UHGV virus genome: UHGV-1651400
Length of the DNA stretch: 10,057 nucleotides
Source of the DNA: a virus
Reading direction: 5' to 3' (one strand)
The notes beneath the pieces are model-generated. The model was not told the DNA's origin. It saw only the letters and a list, made by a program, of their open reading frames with translations, and did no database searches. How positions within the stretch are numbered: the stretch's first letter is position 1; the number at the start of each line of letters is the position of its first letter. The position numbers and the translations under genes are program-made. Shown here in pieces: positions 1-8,193 of this stretch.

Positions 1-2450
1 ATGCTGGCCTGTCCTCGCACCCATTCTGTGTACCCTGATTCGTTGCCGCTGCGATCCACCAGCTGCGCGCGGTACCAGAAAATCTGCCCAGCCTTAAGGC
101 CCATCTGTTGATATTTGCGCTGCGGGTAAGGCACATCGGCCAGCAGCATCGCATCGTCTTCGGTACCGGTCAGGCTGTACTGAATTTCGGTCTTCAGCGT
201 GTCGTCGGTATTCGCCGGGAATCCCCAGTTCAGCTCGATACCGAATACCACGTTTTCAGAAGCGATAAAGCCAACCGGCTTCGGTGGATTGCCCACTTTA
301 CCAGTAAGATTTACTTCTGGTGATGTCGCCCACACTGATGAAACGTCGCTGGCGTTCACCGCCCTGACGCGGACCAGATAGCGACCAGAGTAGATACCCT
401 GCACTTCAAAGCCGAGAGAAGACGTTCGGGGCACACTAATCCAGTTGCCGCTGTCACGCCGCCATTCCGCCTCGTACGCAACTGCACCCTGAACAGCATC
501 CCAGGCAACGCGCATGGTGGTAATCGCAATGTTCTGGTTAACCGTAGAGTAACTGTCTACGACGATATTTCCTGGTGGAGCCTGAACCCCTGGCGGAATG
601 ACACTGACTGGCCGCTCGTCCAGTCTTGCGCCGGTATCAACAGCGGAATAGATATCAGGGTTGTAAGTCGTCCCGGTGACCTCGAAAGTACCGTCGTTGT
701 TGTCCCGCGTTCCCGTAACACGGAAAAGCGCTATAAACAGATCGTCAGAGTCCACACCCCAGTTACATTCAGCCTCCGGCGTTTCGCTGTAGGGTGTGGT
801 GACAGTGACTGTGTTTCCGTTAACGGCCTGGACCGTTCTGGCCTGAGCTGTGCCTGACGGAAGATTCAAAAACAGCCGGTTCCCGGCCTTCACATCAGCG
901 GCTCGATCGAGGGTTATGTTGCGGCCGTTAACCGCACTCACCCTGCCACCGATAGTTCTTCCGGCCAGCTCGTTAGCTGCCACGCCGATCACCTCACCAA
1001 CGGGGGGAACGTCCATGCCCGTGCTGAAGGTCACCACCTCGCCGATACCGTTAGTGAGCAGCGCCCAGCGCCCCCGCCGGTTTGCCTCTGACTGCCTGGT
1101 GCAGCCGATCGCAGTCATTTCGAGCTGACGATAATCGAAGCGCATGGCCAGATCGTTATCGTAAACAGGCTCAGGCGTGTCTTTATAGTGGTTGGCTGGG
1201 TCTGACCAGTTCACCAGCGCGGCAGTGTTTCGGGTGGTTTCACTCGGATCCGCAAAGGTAAATTTTCCTTCAACAACGCTGGCGTGGTTATAGATGTGCC
1301 ACACATCCCGTGGCATATCAGCCAGGACATACATCTTATTGTCGCCCCAGTACGTCATGCCGCGAAATATACCCGCCAGGTCACGAAGTACGGTCCAGGC
1401 GTCATTACGGTCCTGGATATAAACGTTGCAACGAAAACGAGGCTCCGTCCCGCTGCCGCCCTTGCCGTCTGGTACCAGTTGATCGCAATACTGGGCGATG
1501 CGATAAAGTTCCCATTTGTCTATCTGAGTCGCATCGATTCTTTGACCCAGCCCGAAGCGCTCGTTCAGAATGATGTCGTAATAAATCCAGGCAGGGTTAT
1601 CCGTCCACGCCCATTTAAATACGCCCTCCCATGTACCAGAATAAGTGCGGGTTTCGGGATCATAAGTATCAGGTACACGGATGATTCGCCCTTTCGGATT
1701 GCACACAACCTGAGGAATGCCATTAGGGAACTGCTTTGCGTCAAACTCTACATACAGCAGCGCTGTGTTAACGTAGCGAAGTTTGGCGTCAATAATTTCA
1801 GTAACGGCCACAACGCGCATGGTGTCGACGATATTCACGCTCGTGGAATCCGGCGTGATTCTGCGAACCCGCAACTGCCATCCAGTCGAGGCTTTCGGAA
1901 GATTGACGCGGTGACTGCGCTCATAAAGCGACGTGGTTTTGTCATCAACAGCACCGTTAACCACCGTTTCATACGGCCCGCCATCGACCGACAGATCGAT
2001 AGCATACTCGACGCGGGTGCCGACTTTATCACCGTTGTTTTTCTGGAGTAAAAGAGTTGGCCATCCCAGGCGAATTCGCAGCGCAGAGAGCTGCGTGTTG
2101 GATACCGCCCGAACATACGGTACAGCCTGTTTCAGCTCATATGAAACCTGAAGTTCGTTTTCAATGCCCGGAAAGCCCTGAATGTAATCCTGGTCCTGAG
2201 TACCGGAACGGAACTCGTATTTTACATTATTGAAATTGTAACTTCCGTCGGCGTTCTGGAGAGGGGTGTATGAAGATGAGTCGCCAAGGAAAATATTTTT
2301 ACCATCAAGCCCGCCGGCGAACTCCCCCTCCCCAAGAGCAATCAGCACCTTTGCCCTTGCAATGGACTGAATGCTGTCTGGTGCCTCAACAGGCGTACGG
2401 GTCTGATTGCTGCCACCTTTGCCGCGGCCTTTGATGATTGTCGTCGTCAT
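1..2450 (-). CDS. J: Host specificity protein / central tail fibre J, N-terminal ~816 codons; 3' end lies beyond the left edge of the window
   Basis: Manual minus-strand translation from ATG at 2450..2448 is open to position 1 (MTTTIIKGRGKGGSNQTRTPVEAPDSIQSIARAKVLIALGEGEFAGGLDGKNIFLGD...TEPRFRCNVYIQDRNDAW...WELYRIAQYCDQLVPDG...). These motifs match remembered lambda gpJ (TEPRITCNAY, WALYVIGQYCDQSVPDG). Position immediately downstream of I. Absent from ORF track because no stop occurs inside the window. Confidence 0.88.
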   Translation of the reverse strand, partial: MTTTIIKGRGKGGSNQTRTPVEAPDSIQSIARAKVLIALGEGEFAGGLDGKNIFLGDSSSYTPLQNADGSYNFNNVKYEFRSGTQDQDYIQGFPGIENELQVSYELKQAVPYVRAVSNTQLSALRIRLGWPTLLLQKNNGDKVGTRVEYAIDLSVDGGPYETVVNGAVDDKTTSLYERSHRVNLPKASTGWQLRVRRITPDSTSVNIVDTMRVVAVTEIIDAKLRYVNTALLYVEFDAKQFPNGIPQVVCNPKGRIIRVPDTYDPETRTYSGTWEGVFKWAWTDNPAWIYYDIILNERFGLGQRIDATQIDKWELYRIAQYCDQLVPDGKGGSGTEPRFRCNVYIQDRNDAWTVLRDLAGIFRGMTYWGDNKMYVLADMPRDVWHIYNHASVVEGKFTFADPSETTRNTAALVNWSDPANHYKDTPEPVYDNDLAMRFDYRQLEMTAIGCTRQSEANRRGRWALLTNGIGEVVTFSTGMDVPPVGEVIGVAANELAGRTIGGRVSAVNGRNITLDRAADVKAGNRLFLNLPSGTAQARTVQAVNGNTVTVTTPYSETPEAECNWGVDSDDLFIALFRVTGTRDNNDGTFEVTGTTYNPDIYSAVDTGARLDERPVSVIPPGVQAPPGNIVVDSYSTVNQNIAITTMRVAWDAVQGAVAYEAEWRRDSGNWISVPRTSSLGFEVQGIYSGRYLVRVRAVNASDVSSVWATSPEVNLTGKVGNPPKPVGFIASENVVFGIELNWGFPANTDDTLKTEIQYSLTGTEDDAMLLADVPYPQRKYQQMGLKAGQIFWYRAQLVDRSGNESGYTEWVRGQAS

Positions 2451-2460
2451 ATCGCGTCCA

Positions 2461-2485
2461 TAAAAAAGCCACCGTCAGGTGGCTT
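2461..2485 (-). terminator. Intrinsic-terminator-like hairpin between I and J (minus-strand RNA: GCCACC-UGAC-GGUGGC followed by UUUUUUA)
   Basis: Seen in sequence: plus strand 2466-2485 AAGCCACCGTCAGGTGGCTT preceded by AAAAAA (2462-2467). On the minus-strand transcript this is a GC-rich 6-8 bp stem, 4-nt loop, then a U6 tract ending 11 nt before the J ATG. Confidence 0.5.
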
Positions 2486-2502
2486 GCAGTACGTGGTTTT
2501 GT

Positions 2503-3087
2503 TTATTGCTGATCTTCTGCATAAACCCCGGCGGATATAATGGCGCCGCCAATTTCCCGTTGCCCATAAAGCAGGGGGACGGGATTGCCAGATGCCGTCG
2601 TGTTAACGGGACCACCAAACGCATAGGAGGGTTTGTTATCAGGTTCCTGACGCATTCGCAGACCTGAAACCTGAGGAGAGAGCATTTGCACTACACCGCC
2701 AACGGCCATTGCGGCACCAACGGAAAACATGAGGTTACTTGCTGCGATACTAACTCCCGGCATCCATATGGCAGCAGCGACCAGAGCCGTTCCGAGCAAC
2801 GCCTGGAAAACTCCAGCTCTTTTACTACCCCTTATCACAGGGATTATTCTTAACTCATCACCCGGCCCCAGGAGTTCAAACTCTTCGTGCCCGATATTGC
2901 GACGATCCCGGAAAATAACAAAATCCAGTCCCTTTGCCCGAGCTTCACGCAGATAAGCATCAAAGCCGTCAATGGTGTTAGAAAGCGCCCTGAAAACTTC
3001 GCTGGCGGACGTTAGTGCACGGCGATGTGTCCTGCCAAATCGCTGAGCCATTGAGCCGCTGAGTTTGATAACGGTTTTTCTTTCCAT
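2503..3087 (-). CDS. I: Tail assembly protein I
   Basis: 194-aa ORF. Glycine/alanine-rich hydrophobic C-terminal half (GVFQALLGTALVAAAIW...SVGAAMAVGGVVQMLSPQ) resembles remembered lambda gpI (GGVFQIVLGAAAIAG...LGASMVLGGVAQMLAPK). ATG 3087..3085 overlaps the K stop TAA (3089..3087) by 1 nt. Confidence 0.85.
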   Translation of the reverse strand: MERKTVIKLSGSMAQRFGRTHRRALTSASEVFRALSNTIDGFDAYLREARAKGLDFVIFRDRRNIGHEEFELLGPGDELRIIPVIRGSKRAGVFQALLGTALVAAAIWMPGVSIAASNLMFSVGAAMAVGGVVQMLSPQVSGLRMRQEPDNKPSYAFGGPVNTTASGNPVPLLYGQREIGGAIISAGVYAEDQQ

Positions 3088-3797
3088 TACATCAAATCCT
3101 TATAACGCAGAATTTTGATGGTACGGTCACGGTAATAGCCACCGTAGGGAATACGCTGGCTTAGCTGGCCATACATGTGATGCAGTAGCATGTTGCCATC
3201 AAGCAAAATCCCGGCATGGTTCGGGACGGTGGACTGAACCTGCATGATAACCATGTCACCTGGCTGAGCGGGACCGTCGTACTCACGGAAACCGCATTCC
3301 TGCCAGTTATCCATATAGAGGTTTTCACCCTGCTCCCACCAGTGGCGATCTACGCTGTAGTTGGGCAGTTCAATGCCGTGCTCGATGCGGAAATAGTCCA
3401 TGATGAGAGACCAGCAGTCTGCATACCCGAGTACAAACTGGCGCCCTGTGAGGGGACGGTCTCCGCGAGGCATGACGGTGCGAATGTCGCCCTCCGGCCA
3501 CGATGCAATAATCCAGGGCAGTTCCGTGGCATCACACATCAGCATGTCGAGCTCGCTCGGCTGAGTTGTTGCCCCGTCGCCGGGATGGCTGTGGACGATC
3601 GCCACCACAGTGCCCTGCTCTTCGGCGGCCGCATAATCCTCAGGATTAAGTTCAAATTGCTCAGTCGGCGACTCAGCATTATTTTTGCAGGGGATGTATT
3701 TCTCCACCCGCCCCTTCTGAATAACCACGCCACAGCACTCCTCGGGGAAGGATGCGGCGGCATGGGCCAGAATGGCGCTAACTGTTTTGTCGCGCAT
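3087..3797 (-). CDS. K: Tail assembly protein K (N-terminal MPN/JAMM-like domain plus C-terminal NlpC/P60-like cysteine peptidase domain)
   Basis: 236-aa ORF. SAILAHA, VHSHPGDG (JAMM-like HxH), YADCWSL (Cys) and PNHAGILL...LLHHM (His) match remembered lambda gpK. Shine-Dalgarno GAGAGGA 6-7 nt upstream of ATG 3797. Confidence 0.88.
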   Translation of the reverse strand: MRDKTVSAILAHAAASFPEECCGVVIQKGRVEKYIPCKNNAESPTEQFELNPEDYAAAEEQGTVVAIVHSHPGDGATTQPSELDMLMCDATELPWIIASWPEGDIRTVMPRGDRPLTGRQFVLGYADCWSLIMDYFRIEHGIELPNYSVDRHWWEQGENLYMDNWQECGFREYDGPAQPGDMVIMQVQSTVPNHAGILLDGNMLLHHMYGQLSQRIPYGGYYRDRTIKILRYKDLM

Positions 3798-3799
3798 GA

Positions 3800-4558
3800 T
3801 TATCCTCTCAGAAGTGAAGCGCCTGGGAACCCGCCATAATCCAGCTGTTCATTCTCTCCGAAGCGAGGTTTACAGCCCGTTGACAGCAATCCGGAGCAAA
3901 CATCCTGTGAAGGATCGTCCACCCGATTGCCGTCTTTATCGAACCAGCCGTTTTGCCCGGCGTAGGTGCAGCCGTTCCCGGTTTTGTACCAGCCCCGCAT
4001 GCACCACGTGCACATTGGCTGAATTTGCCGGGTCGGAATGAGTTGCCCTCGCAAATCGGCTGGACTTGAAAGCTCAAACTCTACGGTTTCATCGTCTGAC
4101 CCTGATTTACGGTCGATGTAATAAACCTGTTTGCGCTCCTCGTTGGGATTCGCAGTCGGGTTCCCGCCAGGAAAATTTCTTGCGTCCAGGTAGTGAGCGA
4201 AGGTGTCATGGATGATCACCTTTGCTTTAGCCATCCCCTGAAACCTGCGGCACAGCGCGCCAATCGTACCGCTGATGTTTGCAACAGTGAGTGACGGCCG
4301 TGAACTCTGGCCGTCACTGCTTACAGATATGCCGGTCAGTTCATACGGCCACGCGCCATACTCCTGCCCCTGCCACCACACCGACTTCGGCTCAAGTTTT
4401 GACTCGTCGCCGCCTGCGGCGATGATTTCCGCCTCGGTATGCGGGATTGTCTCGTTGTGAAAGCGAAGAATACCCGCACCGAACGCTGAGCCGTCCACCT
4501 CGATCAGGCGGACGCGCTTACCCGGTTCCAGTTTCTGGACATCAGATGAAATACTCAT
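3800..4558 (-). CDS. L: Tail tip assembly protein L (cysteine-rich, Fe-S-cluster type)
   Basis: ORF track gives 3800..4642, but similarity to lambda gpL begins at the internal ATG 4558..4556 (MSISSDVQKLEPGKRVRLIEVD...RPSLTVANISG...CTWCMRGW...C...C...C). That ATG overlaps the M stop as ATGA. C-terminal cluster of 5 Cys. Confidence 0.85.
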   Translation of the reverse strand: MSISSDVQKLEPGKRVRLIEVDGSAFGAGILRFHNETIPHTEAEIIAAGGDESKLEPKSVWWQGQEYGAWPYELTGISVSSDGQSSRPSLTVANISGTIGALCRRFQGMAKAKVIIHDTFAHYLDARNFPGGNPTANPNEERKQVYYIDRKSGSDDETVEFELSSPADLRGQLIPTRQIQPMCTWCMRGWYKTGNGCTYAGQNGWFDKDGNRVDDPSQDVCSGLLSTGCKPRFGENEQLDYGGFPGASLLRG

Positions 4559-4893
4559 GGATGGTATGCCTGTATGAATGTGCTGCTGAGGGTGTATTTT
4601 TTGTTGCCGTGGGTAGATATCTGGAAGGATTCCGCGCGCCATAAACCTGAAGGATCAAGCGGTGGCTTCCAGATAAATGACTTCCACCCTGCATGTCTGT
4701 TCAGAAAGTTTTTAATGGCCTGAATGTAAGCCTCGTCGCCGGTAAAGCTCACGCTCCACTGAGGTGTTACCGGGTTGATGCCGTCCCCGGCCACCTGTGT
4801 ATAGCCATCGCCAAACTGCGCCTTTCGGGTACGAAAACTTGTATCAACCTGAGAGGCAACCTTTGGGCACCAGCTGAAGGTTTCGACTGCCAT
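4555..4893 (-). CDS. M: Minor tail protein M
   Basis: FGDGYTQVA and GWKSFIWKPP match remembered lambda gpM (FGDGYSQRA, GGWKSFLWTPP). The track start at 4920 is a GTG; the ATG at 4893..4891 has Shine-Dalgarno AAGGGAG about 7 nt upstream and lies 2 nt after the H stop TAA (4898..4896), giving a lambda-M-sized product of 112 aa. Confidence 0.82.
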   Translation of the reverse strand: MAVETFSWCPKVASQVDTSFRTRKAQFGDGYTQVAGDGINPVTPQWSVSFTGDEAYIQAIKNFLNRHAGWKSFIWKPPLDPSGLWRAESFQISTHGNKKYTLSSTFIQAYHP

Positions 4894-4895
4894 GG

Positions 4896-7800
4896 TTAAA
4901 CTCCCTTGATTAATCGCCACAGAGGCGAGCCCGGCATGCTGGCCTGCTCGTTAATAACGCCAGTGATGGCATCTTTCAATTGTCTGCCAGCGGCACCGGC
5001 TGTTCCCTGACTGGCCGCCTGGGATGATCCGCCCTGAATATTGATATCGCCAAAGTTAACTGAAGGCACGCCACCAGAAACCTGCGGCATCCCCACTGCG
5101 CGAACGGCAAGATCACCATTAGGTGCCCGCGTGAGGGGCATGATTGCTTCAGGACCTGCCTCGCCGAAAATCCCTGCGCCTTTAGCAAAAGCAAACAGTT
5201 GAGGTGTCTGAAAAACGCCATTGCTGTAAGCGCTCAGGGACGGAGAGTCGTAAACATTACCCTTTGCATTAAAGGTAAAGTTCGCGCCAGCATTCTGAAT
5301 AGCGGTACCGCTGCTGGCGGTTGCGGCTGACGAGGCACCAAAACTGAACAGTGATCCAATTGAGCTGACGCCATTAGCAACAGCCATGTTCACCAGAACG
5401 TTCTGGATAATCTTCAGTACGCTCACGCCCCAGTCCTTCCAGCTGTCAACGTTGCCATTGAGCATGTCGGTGATCGTGGTGACCGCGCCACCCATGGCCT
5501 GCTTCATGCCGTCAGCGGCCATGGAAGAATAATCAGTAGCTTCGTCCACCCAGTTCGCATAACCCTCAGACAGTCCCGTCATCCAGTCGTCACGCTGCGC
5601 ATCAGAAGCTGCGTAATATCCCTCCTGGTCGCGCAGGCGCTCTTCGAGGTAGCGCTTATTAAGTGCCAGCCCCTGCTGATAGAACGTCTCGTCGATTTCA
5701 CCAGCCTGACGCTGGCGGAGAAGATCGGTATTCTTCTGCTCGAACTCCTTACGCAGATTGAACTGCTCCTGAAGTCTTTCACGGAACCTGGTTCCCTGCC
5801 CGTATCCCAGCAGTTGCGCTTCATTGGCTGCGCGGGCGCTGGCGTTACTGTCGGCAAGGTTGGCTTCGTAATTTCGCAGTTGCTCACGTAATTTAACCTG
5901 GTCAATCAGCGTAGCATTCTGCAATACCGTCTTTTTCTGGGCTTCTGTCAGAGAAGCAAGTTCGCCCTGGCTGACCTGGTATTTAACCTTCGCCAGTTCA
6001 GTATTCTGGCCTTGCAGGGCAATCTGCTCTTTTTGCTGTTTGATCAGCTTGTCATAGGCATCAGCTGTTTTTTCCGCCTCGGATTTCCCGCCCTTATGGC
6101 GGCTTGAGTCACGAATAGCTTGCAACTGCCTGGCTGACTCAACTTCCATGCTGACATACTTCTCACGCCAACCAGCAGGGAGATTAAGGTCAGATGCATC
6201 GAATTCCGCCTGCTTGCGGGTTTTGTCCAATCCCTTAAGACCGGACAACTCAAGCTGTCGCTGCGCCTTGTCTATAGCTTGCTGCTGCTTATTATCAAGT
6301 GCAGGAAGTACAGGCCCTGCATATTTTGGTGGGGACACTGCTGTAGACTGTCTGGAAACCTTGTTCAGACGGTCATACATCTCTGTAAGAGAACTTACGG
6401 CGCCAGCCATTTCTACTGTTTTATTTATAGCCTGATCAGTTATGTCGTTTATTAACTGTTGTGTTTGCTTTCTTTTATTGAGCATTTGCTCAAGTCGGCC
6501 TTCTTCAACCGCAAGTTCTGAAGCAAACTCTGCTGCTTTCTCAACCGCATCGTTATACAGCCATGTTCCCTCTGAAGCAGAATTGGCTGCTAATTTTGCG
6601 TTATAAAGTTGATTGGATAATTCAGCAACTTTCTGCTTCTGCTGTTCAATCGCACTATTTTGAGCATCCAGTGAAATATTCGCCTGTCCAAGGTTGGCGG
6701 ATATCTGCGTCTGAGACATTGATTTCAGATTATCTCGTACCTGCTCGATTGTGTCCGCATATTGGATTGCAGATTCCCTGGCTTGTTCTTGGCGTTGATA
6801 CATCATGTACCACGCCCCAGCACCCAACATTAAAATTCCTGGCAAACCACCAACTAACGACAAAAGCCCCGTAGCGCCAGACTTGAATAAATTCATTACC
6901 GATGTTGATCGGTTGAGTGCTTCTTGCGACGCTGATACTGCTTTATTTGACTGAACGAGAGTGGCATTGGCGGCTATCATTTCGCGCCGTTTGGCAATAG
7001 AATTTTGTGTAGCTGTCGCTTCTGCATTTGTGTTTTTTGCAAGTTCCAACTCGGATAGCGAGAGCTGATAAGCACGCTCGGCAGCAATCGCATCTGCTGC
7101 CGCCTTTCGTTGTGATTGGGTAGCAGATTCAGCCCTTGCAGATGCGAGCGCAATTTCGTTCTTTCTGGCATCTATTAATTGCGCCGTTTGGTTCCCAAGA
7201 TCGCCAAACATCCCTCCAAGATAGCGAGCTCCACCTATTGCAGCCAAAGCTCCGGCAGCCGTAGCCACAGTGTCGATATTGTCAGAAACTGTATTCAATA
7301 CAGCAACAAGAGCACTTGTCGCACCAGTAGCTTCATTAGCTCCACCTACCCATGCCATGAAAGCATTTTCGACTTTCGTCGTGGCAGCAGAAACGGTCTG
7401 CGGCATTGCCTCAAATTCACCACGCATAGTGCCAAGTTGACTTATCAGGGCCGGGACAACTTTATCTGCGGTTAGCATCCCCTGATCGGCCATTGCCTTC
7501 AGATCTTTACGAGCTACACCCATCCCAGCGGCCAGCGCACGGATAACTCGATCACCGTTTTCGTTAACAGAGTTGAATTCCTCGCCCCGCAGAACGCCCT
7601 GAGCTAATGCCTGACTAAACTGGGTGATAACAGAACTTGCCTCTGCCGTGCTGGCGCCGGATAGCTTTAGTCCAGTAGAAATGGCCTCGGTTACATCCAG
7701 AACTTGCTGCGAACTGTATCCGTATTCACGCATTGATGCGGCGGAACGCGCAAAAAGACTCGCATTATCAGAGAAGGCGGTTCCGGTTCGTTGGCTAATA

Positions 7801-8162
7801 TCCATCAGCGCCCGCTGAGACTCCGTGAAATCATCAGACGATTGGGAAGCCTGCTTTAGCCTGGCATTAACAGAGCTCCATTCATCGGCCAGCGATATAA
7901 GATGACCAGTCGCAAATGCTCCAGCAAATGCACCTGCCATTCCCAGCGCTGAGGCCTTCGCGGTGTTTATTTGACTAGTTACCTCAGCTAAGGCACGCTG
8001 AGTTTCACGCGAAGCTGCGGCCGCTTGGCGTCCTCCAGTCTGCATTACCCGGTAATAGTCATTCCCCATTCTTGAAGCACGAGAAATTTCAGACTGAAAT
8101 GACTGAGAGTTTGCAGATATTTTGATGATCAGTTCGCGCAACGTAGCCATATTTTCACCCAT
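4896..8162 (-). CDS. H: Tail tape measure protein (lambda gpH analogue), 1088 aa
   Basis: Single very long ORF sitting between the G/T chaperone pair and M. Ala/Gln/Glu-rich, predicted helical/coiled-coil, with an internal hydrophobic segment (LLSLVGGLPGILMLGAGAWYMMY) and a Gly-rich C-terminal region. An alternative start at ATG 8150..8148 is preceded by GGTGA; the first ATG at 8162 abuts a U8 tract. Confidence 0.9.
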   Translation of the reverse strand: MGENMATLRELIIKISANSQSFQSEISRASRMGNDYYRVMQTGGRQAAAASRETQRALAEVTSQINTAKASALGMAGAFAGAFATGHLISLADEWSSVNARLKQASQSSDDFTESQRALMDISQRTGTAFSDNASLFARSAASMREYGYSSQQVLDVTEAISTGLKLSGASTAEASSVITQFSQALAQGVLRGEEFNSVNENGDRVIRALAAGMGVARKDLKAMADQGMLTADKVVPALISQLGTMRGEFEAMPQTVSAATTKVENAFMAWVGGANEATGATSALVAVLNTVSDNIDTVATAAGALAAIGGARYLGGMFGDLGNQTAQLIDARKNEIALASARAESATQSQRKAAADAIAAERAYQLSLSELELAKNTNAEATATQNSIAKRREMIAANATLVQSNKAVSASQEALNRSTSVMNLFKSGATGLLSLVGGLPGILMLGAGAWYMMYQRQEQARESAIQYADTIEQVRDNLKSMSQTQISANLGQANISLDAQNSAIEQQKQKVAELSNQLYNAKLAANSASEGTWLYNDAVEKAAEFASELAVEEGRLEQMLNKRKQTQQLINDITDQAINKTVEMAGAVSSLTEMYDRLNKVSRQSTAVSPPKYAGPVLPALDNKQQQAIDKAQRQLELSGLKGLDKTRKQAEFDASDLNLPAGWREKYVSMEVESARQLQAIRDSSRHKGGKSEAEKTADAYDKLIKQQKEQIALQGQNTELAKVKYQVSQGELASLTEAQKKTVLQNATLIDQVKLREQLRNYEANLADSNASARAANEAQLLGYGQGTRFRERLQEQFNLRKEFEQKNTDLLRQRQAGEIDETFYQQGLALNKRYLEERLRDQEGYYAASDAQRDDWMTGLSEGYANWVDEATDYSSMAADGMKQAMGGAVTTITDMLNGNVDSWKDWGVSVLKIIQNVLVNMAVANGVSSIGSLFSFGASSAATASSGTAIQNAGANFTFNAKGNVYDSPSLSAYSNGVFQTPQLFAFAKGAGIFGEAGPEAIMPLTRAPNGDLAVRAVGMPQVSGGVPSVNFGDINIQGGSSQAASQGTAGAAGRQLKDAITGVINEQASMPGSPLWRLIKGV

Positions 8163-8186
8163 AAAAAAAACCCGCTTGATAGCGGG
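8163..8186 (-). terminator. Intrinsic terminator downstream of the small membrane-protein ORF (minus-strand RNA: CCCGCU-AUCA-AGCGGG followed by UUUUUUUU)
   Basis: Seen in sequence: plus strand 8163-8170 AAAAAAAA, 8171-8176 CCCGCT, loop 8177-8180 TGAT, 8181-8186 AGCGGG. On the minus strand this is a perfect 6-bp GC-rich stem followed directly by eight U, then the H ATG. Confidence 0.65.
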
Positions 8187-8193
8187 TCGTGAG

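Noticed and set aside
91-100. Short perfect palindrome gccttaaggc
   Set aside because: A 10-bp palindrome inside the J coding sequence; too short and isolated to call a regulatory or restriction-related feature without further evidence.
108-2151. Plus-strand ORFs 108..323, 199..381, 850..1128, 1284..2051, 1310..1573, 1933..2151 and minus ORF 1835..2116
   Set aside because: All lie antisense to, or in alternate frames of, the continuous J reading frame; their translations are low-complexity and Arg/Pro-rich with no ribosome-binding sites; the J frame has clear lambda-like motifs.
2479-2956. Plus-strand ORFs 2479..2667 and 2729..2956
   Set aside because: Antisense to the I gene, which has I-like motifs and translational coupling to K.
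3216-4077. Plus-strand ORFs 3216..3839 and 3772..4041; minus alternate-frame ORFs 3350..3535, 3539..3763, 3808..4077
   Set aside because: They overlap K and L, whose frames carry conserved K/L motifs; these are composition-driven shadow ORFs.
3800-4642. Extended 280-aa form of L starting at 4642
   Set aside because: The first 28 codons overlap the 3' end of M in another frame and have no lambda-L similarity; the internal ATG at 4558 overlaps the M stop (ATGA) and begins the L-like sequence.
4275-4899. Plus-strand ORFs 4275..4460, 4447..4644, 4693..4899
   Set aside because: Antisense to L and M; no translation signals; implausible products.
4555-4920. Extended M ORF starting at 4920
   Set aside because: Position 4920 is a GTG overlapping the tape measure 3' end; the ATG at 4893 has a good Shine-Dalgarno and gives a lambda-M-sized product.
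4976-7818. ORFs inside the tape measure gene (minus alternate-frame 4976..5221, 5579..5905, 6044..6253, 6977..7171; plus 6148..6435, 6563..6874, 7179..7475, 7624..7818)
   Set aside because: Nested within or antisense to the single long tape measure ORF; typical spurious ORFs in a long Ala/Gln-rich gene.
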